64,000 nt of DNA, taken from Holophagaceae bacterium (GTDB lineage: Bacteria; Acidobacteriota; Holophagae; Holophagales; Holophagaceae). The notes below the pieces were generated by a model. It was not told the DNA's origin. It ran no database searches and was given only the letters and a program-made list of their open reading frames with translations. Both the position numbers and the translations under genes were made by a program. The DNA lies in the NCBI GenBank assembly GCA_016722505.1, contig JADKJH010000005.1:190872-254871 (forward strand), written 5' to 3'. Shown one piece after another: positions 49,279-59,849 of this stretch; position 1 is the first letter of the stretch, and each line of letters starts with the position of its first letter.

Positions 49279-50282
49279 ATGAAGAAACTTGCAATCAACG
49301 GCCTGGGCCGGATCGGCCGGCTGGTCCTTCGGCTCTTGATAAAAGACCCCCAAGTCCAGGTGGTAGCGGTGAACGATCTCACCGACGCGGCGACATTGGC
49401 GCATCTCATAAAACACGACTCTGTGCACGGCACCGCGGATTTCCCTGTGGCCGCCGATGGCGATTTTCTTGTGCTGGATGGAAAGCGCATCCGCGTTTAC
49501 GCGGAAAAAGATCCACAGCTCATCCCGTTCGGCGCGTTGGGCGCGCAAGTGGTGTTGGAGTGCACTGGCATCTTCACCAAGAAAAATCAGCTTCCGCGCA
49601 TATCCAGGGCACCGTGAGCCACGTCATCATCAGCGCACCGGCCGACGATGCCGATCGCACGGTGGTGATGGGCATCAACGAGCAGGAGATCGATCCCGCC
49701 AAAGAATCCGTCCTTTCAAATGCCAGCTGCACCACCAACTGCCTGGCACCCATGGTCCAGGTGCTGGATCAGGCATTCGGCCTTGAACTCGGATTGATGA
49801 CCACGATCCACAGCTACACCAACGATCAACGGATCCTCGATCTCCCCCACAAGGACTTGCGCAGGGCCCGGGCCGCTGCACTTTCCATGATTCCCACCAG
49901 CACGGGGGCGGCAAAAGCCATAGGGCTCGTGATGCCGCATCTCAAGGGAAAGCTGGATGGCATTTCGGTCAGGGTTCCCACTGCGGACGTAAGCCTTACG
50001 GATCTGACCGCGACGCTCAAAACCGACGCATCCAAGGACGCTGTGAACGCGGCATTCAAGCAGGCCAGCCTTGAAGGCCCCCTGGCGCCTTATCTGGACT
50101 ATCTGGAAGAAGAACTCGTCAGCGTGGATCTCATCGGCAGCCCCGCCAGCTGCAGCTTCGATCCCTATCTCACCAAAGCTCTCGGGCCTCGCATGGTCAA
50201 GGTCTTCGGCTGGTACGACAACGAATGGGGATATTCAGCCCGGCTCAAGGATCTCTGTATGCATGTCTTGAACAAGCTTTGA
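49279..50282 (+). pseudogene. gap: Glyceraldehyde-3-phosphate dehydrogenase (type I), split by a frameshift in an A5 run (about 49583-49590)
   Basis: N fragment MKKLAINGLGRIGR...LECTGIFTKK; C fragment ...VSHVIISAPA...SNASCTTNCLAP...WYDNEWGYS. Different frames, overlap 49560..49617. Confidence 0.85.
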
Positions 50283-50297
50283 GGACGTGGCCAGCGC

Positions 50298-51302
50298 ATG
50301 ATTGGAATCAATGGCCTGGGGCGGATCGGAAGACTGTTGGTGCAGCGCCTCGCGGTGGCCGCGCCAGCCCGCCTTGGCGCCTTGAATGATCCGGCGGACC
50401 TGCAAACCATCGTTCATCTGCTACGCCATGATTCAATTCATGGCCCCTGCCCCATTCCAGTGACTGGCTTGGTGCGAAACGGCCGCGACTGGCTTCGCAT
50501 CGCCGACCTGGAGCTTCCACTTTTCCATGAACCGGACCCAGGCAACATCCCCTTCGAAGGATGCGGCGCAACCTTGGTGGTGGAAGCCTCGGGCCGCTTC
50601 ACCAAGCGGGAGATGGCCGCGCGGCATCTCAAAGGAGGCGTGAAACACGTCATCATCTCGGCCCCGAGCCCCGACGCGGACATCACGATCATTGCTCCCA
50701 TGAATTTCGATGCGCTGGATCTCCAGCGGCACCAGATCATCAGCAACGCCAGTTGTACCGCCCATGCCACCGCGCCTATGTTGCAGGTGTTGGAGGAAGG
50801 GTTCGGGATAGAATCCGCCGGAATGAGCACAGTCCATGTGGTGACCAACGATCAGCGCCTGGCCGACGCGCCCCACAAGGATCTCCGCCGGGCCCGCCAC
50901 GCCTTCCAGAGCATCATTCCCACGACATCCTCGGCCTTTGGCGCGCTGCACCGGGCCATGCCCAGCCTGCCGCCCGGCTTCAGCGGTTCTGCCCTGCGAG
51001 TGCCCACGCTCAGCGTGAATCTGGTGGACATCACAGCCACGTTGAAGTGCGACGTGGATGCGGCAGCCGTGGACCAGGTATTTCTCACGGCGGCTGCGGC
51101 CCCGCGCTGGCGCGGCATCCTGGGAATCGCAGAACAGGACTGTGTAAGCCATGATTTCATTGGACGCACCGAGAGCGTCGTGATGGATCTGCAACTCACC
51201 CGTGTGCTCGGGAAACGCTTCGTGAAGATCTGTGGATGGCACGACAACGAGACCGCCTACGCCGAGCGGCTGATGGAGCTGGTGCTGCGCATCAGTCAGT
51301 GA
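50298..51302 (+). CDS. Divergent GAPDH-family paralog (NAD-binding + catalytic domains, catalytic Cys retained, active-site motif SNASCTAHATAP)
   Basis: MIGINGLGRIGR, HVIISAPS, SNASCT..., WHDNETAYA; 334 aa intact; immediately downstream of gap. Confidence 0.8.
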   Translation: MIGINGLGRIGRLLVQRLAVAAPARLGALNDPADLQTIVHLLRHDSIHGPCPIPVTGLVRNGRDWLRIADLELPLFHEPDPGNIPFEGCGATLVVEASGRFTKREMAARHLKGGVKHVIISAPSPDADITIIAPMNFDALDLQRHQIISNASCTAHATAPMLQVLEEGFGIESAGMSTVHVVTNDQRLADAPHKDLRRARHAFQSIIPTTSSAFGALHRAMPSLPPGFSGSALRVPTLSVNLVDITATLKCDVDAAAVDQVFLTAAAAPRWRGILGIAEQDCVSHDFIGRTESVVMDLQLTRVLGKRFVKICGWHDNETAYAERLMELVLRISQ

Positions 51303-51696
51303 AACTCCAGATTTGGATATCACTGAGCTTCTCCACCACCGCCCTGATAACGTCGGGCGCGGGCTCTCCGTAACTCCGCACCTGGGCTTCACCATCGCGT
51401 TTGAGATGAACCACGTGGACAGAGGCCCCGCCCTCAAAGTCAGGGTGATGGGCCAAGGGCCGCGCCAGGGATTCCAGATCCAAGGTCTCGAACCACTGTT
51501 CTGGCATGGGCGCCGTCCGCGCGCCCGGCACCAGAGCGCCCACTTCGCGTGCCTGGAGCAGCACGAGGTGCCGTCGCCCCTGCTTTATTCCCAGCCAGCT
51601 TAAGAATGGCGGCAAGGTCCCAAATCCAATGCCGCCTTTGCGCGCTTCAGGCCATGCGCTGAGTTGCCGCACTTCGAGTAGATCCGCCACCTCCAT
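51292..51696 (-). CDS. Hypothetical protein (about 135 aa from MEVADLL; ORF extends to 51822)
   Basis: ORF with no recognisable motif; 11-nt tail overlap with the gap paralog; divergent from bshC. Confidence 0.35.
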   Translation of the reverse strand: MEVADLLEVRQLSAWPEARKGGIGFGTLPPFLSWLGIKQGRRHLVLLQAREVGALVPGARTAPMPEQWFETLDLESLARPLAHHPDFEGGASVHVVHLKRDGEAQVRSYGEPAPDVIRAVVEKLSDIQIWSFTD

Positions 51697-51870
51697 GGAA
51701 AACCGGGCGAGATCCGGTTGGAGCGGCAGGATCCAGGGTGCGACCAGCAGATCACTCACGGTTGTCCTCCAGCAGCCCTTTGCAGGCTTCAATCCAGACC
51801 GTACACACCTTCCGAGATACATTTCTTAAGCCTATCTCTTTCAAAACAGTCCCGCGGTTAGACTTCGAAG

Positions 51871-53069
51871 ATGCCAATTCTGAATGCCGCAGCGCAAAGG
51901 CCCGTGGTCGCCACCGGGCAGCAGATCGGTGCCGGTTGGACACCTGCGCTTTCCGTGGCCAAGGCCTTGGCGGCTTTGGCCGAAGCCACGCGCCTCGGCA
52001 TGGATGCGGTCTATTGGATGGCGGATGAAGATCACGACCGCGCCGAGGTGGCCACTACGGCGGGGCTTGAAGACGGCAGGTTGGTGCGCCACCGCTTCCG
52101 CTTTGATGCGCCGGAGGGTACCGCCGCAGGCTGGCTGCCCTGGGATACTCCACAGCAACACCAAGCCGAAGCGCTTTGGGGCGAAGCGCCGGCAGCTGTT
52201 GAAAAGACCTTGCGAGGGCACACTTTGGGACTGGGCGGGCCCCTCTGGGAGTTGGGACTGCAGCCCTTCTCACCCACAAATCCCACGCTACGCGAACCCA
52301 TCCAGCCAGAACTGGAACGCTGGCGCAGCCTGGATCTGGAAACCCAGCTTCTCCTATCGGCGGCGCGTCTGGAAGCTGAAGGCGCCCCCCTGCCCCTGGA
52401 CCCGCGGCAACAAGCCGCTTGGTTTTCCCTGGACCCTCAGACTGGCCTTCGCCGCCGCCTGGAACGCGGGGATGTCTGCCCCAAGGGCCACTGGCTCAGC
52501 CCTGGCGCAGCTCTCCGGCCCCTGATGCAGTCCTTGATGTTGCCGGTGGCGGCCGCCGTGCTGGGACCTTCAGAACGGGCCTATTGGCGGCTGACGGAGC
52601 CACTGTGGGAACAGGTGGGACTGAAGGCACCAAGAATCATTGCCAGGCCTTCTGTCTTCGTATTGCCTAAAGGCGCCCATGTGGAAGCTTCAAAACTTTC
52701 GGATCTGGATGCCCTCAGAGATGGCCGCTGGCAGGCATTCTCACATCCAGAAAATCGGCTCCCATCCCAGCGCCTGGGGATTCGGCCCCGGATCCAAGCT
52801 GGGGCCCGGCCATCGGCTCACGGTATGCCAAGGAGCTGGGTCGCACGCGGCATCGTCTGGAACGCCTGGACCAAAGGTGGGTCCGGGATCTTGCGGCGCA
52901 ACAGTTCAACATGGATCCAGAACGGCTTCGGCAGCGGCTCTTCCCCTTTGGCAAAGCCCAGGAGCGGGTACTGCCAGGCCTTTTTTGGCTGCGGGATAAA
53001 CTGCTCATTCGCCGCATATTGGAATCCCTGGACGGAAACAGAAGCCTGATCCTTGTGGAGGAATCATGA
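51871..53069 (+). pseudogene. bshC: Bacillithiol biosynthesis cysteine-adding enzyme BshC (YllA family), C-terminal third shifted into another frame (about 52780-52840)
   Basis: N part VATGQQIGAGW...VYWMADEDHDRAEV (TGQQ/EDHD hallmarks). C-terminal coiled-coil ...YAKELGRTRHRLERLDQRWVRDLAAQQFNMDPERLRQRLFPFGKAQERVLPGLFWLRDKLL found in frame +2, ending TGA 53067..53069. Confidence 0.7.
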
Positions 53070-53179
53070 GCAAGGGCCTCGACCTGTTCATCGGCGAGCA
53101 CCCGGAGCCTGCCGTACCAACATCTTGGCCCTTCCGGCCACGGCCTCGGTGCGCGGGCATTTCAGGGAGGAAGGCATGA
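53066..53179 (+). promoter_or_regulatory. 37-codon upstream ORF derived from a diverged duplicate of the bshB 5' end, ATGA-coupled on both sides (bshC stop / uORF start; uORF stop / bshB start)
   Basis: MSKGLDLFIGEHPE... versus BshB MSHEGLDLLVIGAHPDDAE; about 110-bp degenerate tandem duplication (53060..53175 versus 53168..53280). GGGAGGAAGG RBS precedes the bshB ATG. Confidence 0.4.
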
Positions 53180-53910
53180 GCCACGAAGGTCTCGATCTCC
53201 TTGTCATCGGCGCGCACCCGGACGACGCGGAAGTCCATGTCGGGGGCCTGCTGGCGCTGGCTTCCCTGCACGGCCTGAGGGCTGGAATCCTGGATCTCAC
53301 CAGTGGCGATCTTGGCACCCGGGGCACCGCGGAAACGCGCCGGGCGGAAGCTGCCGCCTCAGCCAGCATTCTCGGCGTCCAGCGCTATGATCTGGGTTTT
53401 CCAGATGGACGGTTTTCTGAAGAAGAGAGCTATCGCTTGCTGCTCATGTCGAAACTGAGGGAATTGAGGCCATCCGTACTCATCCTTCCGGCGCCAGAGG
53501 ATCGCCACCCAGACCATCGGCGAGCCTACCGTCTAGGCCGCGAAGCGGCGTATTACGCGGGTCTGAAAAATTATCCCTGCCCAGGAGACCCCTGGCGGCC
53601 CAAGGCTATCGCGTGGATGGCTGGAGAGAACCCGGGCCAGCCTGACCTTGTGGTGGACGTCAGCGAAGTTTGGGCCGCCCGGATGGCGGCCTTCGACGCA
53701 TTCGGCAGCCAGTTCTCCGCAGACCCTAGCGCCTCCACTCGCATCGCGCATCCCGCTTTCCGGCGGGGCGTAGAAGGGCGCGCCATGCACTACGCATCGT
53801 TTCTTCTCTGCAATTGGGCCGAAGCCCTTTGGTGCGAAAAACCCGTGCCTCCCGCGCTGCTGAACCTGCTTGAGCGATTGAACCAGCCTGTTCCGGGCAG
53901 CAGAACGTGA
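53176..53910 (+). CDS. bshB: Bacillithiol biosynthesis deacetylase BshB (PIG-L/LmbE family)
   Basis: LLVIGAHPDDAE, HPDH motifs of LmbE-like deacetylases; adjacent to bshC. ORF finder extends upstream to 53053 via TTG. Confidence 0.8.
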   Translation: MSHEGLDLLVIGAHPDDAEVHVGGLLALASLHGLRAGILDLTSGDLGTRGTAETRRAEAAASASILGVQRYDLGFPDGRFSEEESYRLLLMSKLRELRPSVLILPAPEDRHPDHRRAYRLGREAAYYAGLKNYPCPGDPWRPKAIAWMAGENPGQPDLVVDVSEVWAARMAAFDAFGSQFSADPSASTRIAHPAFRRGVEGRAMHYASFLLCNWAEALWCEKPVPPALLNLLERLNQPVPGSRT

Positions 53911-54920
53911 ATCGATTCGAAGCAACCCTGCTCTCTCAAATTCGCCATCGCAACGATGCGCTTGGGAATGGGCGTGTGGTGGTGGCATGCTCCGGCGGTG
54001 GTGACTCCACTGCTCTGTTAGCTCTGCTGGTCTCCCTCCGCGGGAGTTTGGGCCTGGAATTGTCCATGGCCCACGCGGACCATCAGCTGCGTGCGGAAGC
54101 TCGCGAGGACAGCCAATTCGTCAGGGAGCTTGCGCGGTATTTCGATTTGGATCTTGCCGAGGCGCGCCTTGATGTCGTAGCCCATGCTGCAAAGGAGCGG
54201 CTGGGAGTGGAAACCGCGGCTCGAGACCTCCGCTGGACCTGGCTTCGCCGTGAGGCTGACTCCTGCGGAGCTGATCTCATCGCCACTGGCCACACGCTGG
54301 AAGATCACACTGAAACGGTTTTTTTGCGGCTCAGCCGGGGTGGTGGAATCGGATCGCTGACTCCGCTGCCCGCCCGCCAAAGCCACCGCTGGTCCCCACT
54401 CATCGAGGCCCGCCGGGAAGAGCTGCGTGAATACTTGAGGAGCGAGGGGCTTCCATGGCGCGAAGATGCCAGCAATTTGACGGGCTTCACCCCTCGCAAC
54501 CGTTGGCGCGCCTTGCTTCCAACCTTACGGCGGGAGTCCCCAGCCTTGGATCAGCACCTATGGGAGACGCACCTGCAAGTGCGTGAGTTGAGTGACTTGC
54601 GGGATCGCCTGGTCGAAGCTTGGCGTGGTCCACGCTGGAATCTGGACGAAGACCAACATCCTACGGTGCGGTTGCGCATGGAATACTGGCGCGAAGACGA
54701 ACTGCGCTGGGTTCTGGAGGCCGCTTTCCGTCGCTCGGGTTGGACACGGGAAGCCGCCCTGTTGCGCGATTTAAGCGGCTGGGCGGCGCCCCATTTAGCC
54801 AGCCGCGGAAGGCATCATCAGTTCGGCCACTGGGCTTTGGATCCGCGCAAAGATGAACCTTTGCAATGGTGCTTGCATCCAATAGAGCGTGGCCCTGCTT
54901 CCATGGCTGGGTTAAACTGA
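53907..54920 (+). CDS. tilS: tRNA(Ile)-lysidine synthetase
   Basis: PP-loop SGGGDS; GTGA overlap with bshB; conserved tilS-ftsH neighbourhood. Confidence 0.85.
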   Translation: MNRFEATLLSQIRHRNDALGNGRVVVACSGGGDSTALLALLVSLRGSLGLELSMAHADHQLRAEAREDSQFVRELARYFDLDLAEARLDVVAHAAKERLGVETAARDLRWTWLRREADSCGADLIATGHTLEDHTETVFLRLSRGGGIGSLTPLPARQSHRWSPLIEARREELREYLRSEGLPWREDASNLTGFTPRNRWRALLPTLRRESPALDQHLWETHLQVRELSDLRDRLVEAWRGPRWNLDEDQHPTVRLRMEYWREDELRWVLEAAFRRSGWTREAALLRDLSGWAAPHLASRGRHHQFGHWALDPRKDEPLQWCLHPIERGPASMAGLN

Positions 54921-54971
54921 AAGGCTCCAAAGCCCGTAAGGCTTTAGAGGTAGGCCTTAAGGAGGCTCGTT

Positions 54972-56906
54972 TTGAATTCAGCCGTCAAAAGCATGTTGGT
55001 CTGGGTTGGAATCGTGGTGCTGGTCTACGTGGCCATCATCCAGATTCCCAAAACCAACAATGTGCAGGAAGTGCCCTTCTCCACCTTCATTGCTGAAGGC
55101 GTGGGTGGCAAATACAAGACCGTGACCCTTTCAGGCCAGGATGTGGAAGGCACCTATCGCGCTCCCTTCCGTAACGCCAAGGGCGACCAGATCGAGAAAT
55201 TCAAGACCATCGCCCCGCCCATGCAGGATCTCGGCAAGGTGATTCTCAGCTGGCGCCAGGAAGAGCCCCCCAAGCTCGATGAATTCAAAGCCACCAAGCC
55301 TTCGGACAACCAGTTCATGTACCTCCTGATTTTCTGGGGGCCTCTGCTGGTGTTCGTGGTGCTCTGGTTTGTATTCATGCGCCAGGCCCAGTCTGGTGGC
55401 AACAAGGCGCTTTCTTTCGGAAAAGCCCGCGCGAAGGGGCTTTCCAGCTCCAACAAGCGCATCACCTTCGCGGACGTGGCCGGGTGCGAGGAAGCCAAGG
55501 AGGAGCTCAAGGAAATCGTGGATTTCCTGAAGGATCCAGCCCGTTTCGTGAAACTGGGCGGCAAGATCCCCAAGGGTGTGCTGCTCATGGGCCCTCCCGG
55601 CACCGGCAAGACGCTGCTCGCCAGAGCCATTTCCGGTGAAGCCAAGGTGCAGTTCTTCTCCATCTCCGGCTCGGATTTCGTCGAGATGTTCGTGGGCGTC
55701 GGCGCATCCCGGGTGCGTGACCTCTTCGAGCAAGGGAAGAAGAGCGCGCCCTGCATCATTTTCATTGATGAAATTGACGCCGTGGGACGTCATCGCGGCG
55801 CGGGCATGGGCGGCGGCCACGATGAGCGCGAACAGACTTTGAATCAGCTGCTGGTGGAGATGGATGGCTTCGAGGGTAATGAAGGCGTCATTCTCATCGC
55901 CGCCACCAACCGCCCGGATGTCCTTGATCCAGCCCTGTTGCGCCCCGGCCGCTTCGACCGCCGGGTGGTCGTGGACCGCCCGGATGTGAAGGGGCGATTC
56001 GAAATCCTGAAGGTTCATACCGCCAACAAGATTCCCCTTTCCCCGGATGTGGATCTAGAAGTCATCGCCCGCGGCACGCCAGGGTTCGCGGGTGCCGATC
56101 TCGCCAACCTTTGCAATGAAGCTGCGCTCTATGCCGCCCGCACCAACAAGAAATGGGTGGAGATGTCGGATTTCGAGAATGCCAAGGACAAGGTCTACAT
56201 GGGCTCTGAGCGGCGCTCCATGGTCATGACGGACGAAGACAAAAAGATCACCGCCTACCACGAAGCGGGACACACGGTCCTGGCCGTCACGGTCCAGGGT
56301 GCCGATCCGCTGCACAAAGTCACCATCATCCCCCGGGGCCGCGCCCTGGGCGTCACCTGGCAGTTGCCGGTGGGAGACCGCTACAACACCACCAAGGAGT
56401 TCATGGAAGGCCGTATCGCGATCTCCATGGGCGGCCGCATCGCCGAGGAGATCTTCTTCAACCAGTTCTCCACCGGCGCCAGCAACGACATCCAGCAGGC
56501 CACTAGCATGGCCCGCTCCATGGTCACTGAGTACGGCATGAGCACCAAGCTAGGCCCACTCAATTTCGCTGGCGAACAGCAGGAGATTTTCCTTGGGCGC
56601 GATTACGGGCATCAACGGAATTTCTCCGAGGACACCGCCCGGGTCATTGATTCCGAGGTGCATGACATCGTGATGCGGAACTACGAGCGCGCCAAGCGGA
56701 TCATCCTCGAAAAGCGCGATTCGCTGGTCGCCATCGCTGAAGCGTTGCTGGTCCGTGAAACACTGGACGGAAATGACGTGGAACTGCTCATGAAGGGTGG
56801 CACGCTTCCGCCCCGCCCCGCTTCTGGAACCGGCGGCCCCACCGGCGTCGCAAGCGATGAAAAAAGTCCAGATCCAGGCCTTGATCCGGCTTTGAATCCT
56901 GCATGA
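54972..56906 (+). CDS. ftsH: ATP-dependent zinc metalloprotease FtsH
   Basis: Two N-terminal TM helices, AAA Walker [17 protein letters not shown] zinc motif; 644 aa. Confidence 0.95.
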   Translation: MNSAVKSMLVWVGIVVLVYVAIIQIPKTNNVQEVPFSTFIAEGVGGKYKTVTLSGQDVEGTYRAPFRNAKGDQIEKFKTIAPPMQDLGKVILSWRQEEPPKLDEFKATKPSDNQFMYLLIFWGPLLVFVVLWFVFMRQAQSGGNKALSFGKARAKGLSSSNKRITFADVAGCEEAKEELKEIVDFLKDPARFVKLGGKIPKGVLLMGPPGTGKTLLARAISGEAKVQFFSISGSDFVEMFVGVGASRVRDLFEQGKKSAPCIIFIDEIDAVGRHRGAGMGGGHDEREQTLNQLLVEMDGFEGNEGVILIAATNRPDVLDPALLRPGRFDRRVVVDRPDVKGRFEILKVHTANKIPLSPDVDLEVIARGTPGFAGADLANLCNEAALYAARTNKKWVEMSDFENAKDKVYMGSERRSMVMTDEDKKITAYHEAGHTVLAVTVQGADPLHKVTIIPRGRALGVTWQLPVGDRYNTTKEFMEGRIAISMGGRIAEEIFFNQFSTGASNDIQQATSMARSMVTEYGMSTKLGPLNFAGEQQEIFLGRDYGHQRNFSEDTARVIDSEVHDIVMRNYERAKRIILEKRDSLVAIAEALLVRETLDGNDVELLMKGGTLPPRPASGTGGPTGVASDEKSPDPGLDPALNPA

Positions 56907-57724
56907 AGCGCTGCTTCTTTTCCGAGGAAGGGCCACTCTCCCCGGGTGGCCCTTTCTTCATTGGAATCCTGAATATCACGCCAGATTCATTCAGCGACGG
57001 GGGACGTTTTTTGGCGCCAGGAATGGCGCTGGCCCAGGCCCTGAAGCTGGTGGCTTCAGGCGCCCGCATGCTCGATATCGGCGCTGAGAGCACCCGCCCA
57101 GGAGCCGCCGTCGTGCCGTGGCTGGAGGAATGGGAACGGCTGGAACCCGTGATCTCAACGCTCCAAGAAAACCTTCCTGGAATCCCGCTTAGCCTTGACA
57201 CCCGCCATGTCCGGGTTGCCGCGAAGGGCCTGGATGCTGGTATCTCCGTACTGAATGACGTGGCCGGATTCTCGGGTCCCGGAATGCTTGAACTGGCGAT
57301 GAGTTCAGATTGCGGGCTCATCGCCATGCGTAGCCGCATGAAAGACGGCTTGCTCTGGATGCCCGAGTACAGCGATTCGGCGCCTCATAGCGTTGACTTG
57401 GCGCTTTCTGAATTGCGGCATGTGCGGGATCGCCTGCTTGGCAGCAACATCGAACCAGAAAGAATCCTTCTGGATCCTGGATTTGGGTTCGGGACGACTT
57501 ATGCCGAGGACTCAGCCCTATGGGGCCTGCTCCCAGAAATTCCAGCGCTGTTGTCCTGGCCCCACGAACGTTTCTGCCTCGGCATCTCCCGAAAACGATT
57601 TCTCGCCTGGCGGAATGGGACACCAGCGCTGCCCCCGATCGACCGGGATGGCCTCACGGACTTGGCTCACCAAGAAGCTGTATCTATGGGCTATCGCATC
57701 TTCAGAACACACGAGCTACCTTAG
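56903..57724 (+). CDS. folP: Dihydropteroate synthase
   Basis: Pterin-binding TIM barrel motifs ([24 protein letters not shown]); ATGA overlap with ftsH. Confidence 0.9.
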   Translation: MKRCFFSEEGPLSPGGPFFIGILNITPDSFSDGGRFLAPGMALAQALKLVASGARMLDIGAESTRPGAAVVPWLEEWERLEPVISTLQENLPGIPLSLDTRHVRVAAKGLDAGISVLNDVAGFSGPGMLELAMSSDCGLIAMRSRMKDGLLWMPEYSDSAPHSVDLALSELRHVRDRLLGSNIEPERILLDPGFGFGTTYAEDSALWGLLPEIPALLSWPHERFCLGISRKRFLAWRNGTPALPPIDRDGLTDLAHQEAVSMGYRIFRTHELP

Positions 57725-57727
57725 AGC

Positions 57728-59044
57728 ATGACTTTGAATTATTTCGGCACAGATGGCATACGCGGCCGCGCCTATGAATCCCCTCTCAGCCTTTCCGAAG
57801 TTGCCCGCTGGGGACAGGCCTGGGGCCAGGTGGCGCAATCCAGGGGCATTTCAGGGCTGATCCTTGGATGGGACCCGCGCACTAGCTCCGAACCCATGGC
57901 CCGGGCTCTGCTGCAAGGCCTCGGAGCCTTCCCCACTACCATTCTCGGCATGGTTCCGACACCCGCTGTGGCCCTGCTCACCCAGCAATCTTCCAACGCC
58001 TGGGGCATCATGCTCAGCGCCAGCCACAATCCACCTGAAGACAACGGCATCAAGGGTTTCAATGGACTGGGCGAGAAACTGGAAGCGGAAGAAGAACAGG
58101 CCATCGAATCAGCATTCGGTCTCGCCGCTCTGCAGAATCCGCCAACTCCGCCGCTGCGCCCCGATCAAAGCCTTGCGGAAGGCTATCTCCACCACCTCGG
58201 CGGTGTGGATCTTCCGGACGATTTTTCGATCGTCGTGGACTGCGCCCATGGAGCCACAGCTCCATTCGCCCCGAGAGTGTTGCGGGGAAACATCCATTGG
58301 ATCGGCATCCCAGCAGATGGGGAACGCATCAATGTTGGAGTTGGATCCACTCATCTGGCAGCGCTGCGGGAGGCTGTAATAGCCTCTGGAGCAGAGCTCG
58401 GCATCGCATTCGATGGAGATGGCGACCGTTGTCTGATGGTGGATTCCCAGGGGACCCTAGTGGACGGCGACCAGATGCTCTGGCTGCTGGCCCAGGATCG
58501 CCTGGACGAGGGCGGATCACTTCCCGGCGTTGTGGGCACAGTGATGACCAACGGGGCCCTGGAAGCAGCGCTTGCTACCAGGGGCGTGGGATTTGTGCGG
58601 ACGCCGGTGGGGGACAAATTCCTTTTGCGTGAACTTCAGGCCCGAGGTTGGGATCTGGCCGCGGAAGCCTCCGGGCACGTGATCCAGAAACACGAAGGGC
58701 CTTCGGGAGATGGCTTGGCCACAGCCATCGCCCTGCTCCGGGCCCTCTTGCGCCGTCCTAGATCCGAGCGCTGGTCCTGGCGATTCGATCCCTGGCCCCT
58801 GAAATTGGTGAATCTGAAAGCAAAGAAACGCCGGGCCGTAGAGGAATGCGCGGCTTTGAGCGCCGCCATGAGGGATTTGGAAGCACGCCATGGTGGCACG
58901 GGTGGTTCGTTAAGATTGGTGGTTCGCTGGTCCGGCACAGAACCCAAACTGCGGCTCATGGCCGAAGCCAGGGAACCCGCATTGCTCGACTCCGCCATGG
59001 TTGCCCTTGAGACTGCCGCCCGCGCAGACTTGGGTATGTCATGA
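57728..59044 (+). CDS. glmM: Phosphoglucosamine mutase
   Basis: FGTDGIRG, active-site SASHNP, metal-binding DGDGDR; classic ftsH-folP-glmM order. Confidence 0.95.
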   Translation: MTLNYFGTDGIRGRAYESPLSLSEVARWGQAWGQVAQSRGISGLILGWDPRTSSEPMARALLQGLGAFPTTILGMVPTPAVALLTQQSSNAWGIMLSASHNPPEDNGIKGFNGLGEKLEAEEEQAIESAFGLAALQNPPTPPLRPDQSLAEGYLHHLGGVDLPDDFSIVVDCAHGATAPFAPRVLRGNIHWIGIPADGERINVGVGSTHLAALREAVIASGAELGIAFDGDGDRCLMVDSQGTLVDGDQMLWLLAQDRLDEGGSLPGVVGTVMTNGALEAALATRGVGFVRTPVGDKFLLRELQARGWDLAAEASGHVIQKHEGPSGDGLATAIALLRALLRRPRSERWSWRFDPWPLKLVNLKAKKRRAVEECAALSAAMRDLEARHGGTGGSLRLVVRWSGTEPKLRLMAEAREPALLDSAMVALETAARADLGMS

Positions 59045-59118
59045 TGCCCGTGCCCAAAGCCTGGAATCTGGTATCTTGGGCTATCTACATGTCCGCATCA
59101 ATGGGAGCCCGTTCTTGA

Positions 59119-59849
59119 GTCCACGCCTGGGTGTGAATATTGATCACGTGGCAACGCTGCGCCAGGCGCGTGTGGGTCGTGAGCCGGAACCCGTGGCCGC
59201 GGCCTTGGCGGCCCAAAGCGCTGGCTGCAATGGCATCACAGTCCACCTCCGGGCGGACCGGCGTCATATCCAGGACCGGGATTTAAAAGTATTGAAAGAA
59301 GTCCTGTCCTTGCCCTTGAATGTCGAGTGCGCCGCCACGCCAGAGGCTTTGGAATCCGTCATTGGACCCAAGCCTCAGATGGTGACTCTTGTCCCAGAGA
59401 CACGGGAGGAGCTCACCACGACGGGAGGATTGGATGCCATTTTCCTTCAAGCGCCCCTGCGCCAGATCATCCGTGAGCTCAAGGCCTCCGACATCCGAGT
59501 GAGCCTCTTCCTTGATCCTTCCAGGGAGCAGGTGATGATGGCGGCCAAACTCGAAGCTGACGCCGTTGAACTCAATACCGGCGTATATTCAGACCTCCCT
59601 TTCGGCAGCGACCCGAGTCTCGAATTAGGCCGCATCAGGGACGCAGCCAAGCGCTCAGCGAATTTGGGACTGCGTGTCCTGGCCGGCCACGGCCTCTCGC
59701 TCCGGAACGTCGGGCCAATCGCCGCCATTCCCGAAATCGAAGAATTGAACATTGGGCACAGCATCATCGCCAGGGCGATTTTCGTAGGTATGGAACGGGC
59801 GGTTAAGGAGATGCTGTCAGCCATGAATGGTAGGGGTGGCATCTCATGA
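59119..59849 (+). CDS. pdxJ: Pyridoxine 5'-phosphate synthase
   Basis: LGVNIDHVATLRQAR..., HLRADRRHI; probable TTG start at 59119 (ORF finder extends to 59001). Confidence 0.85.
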
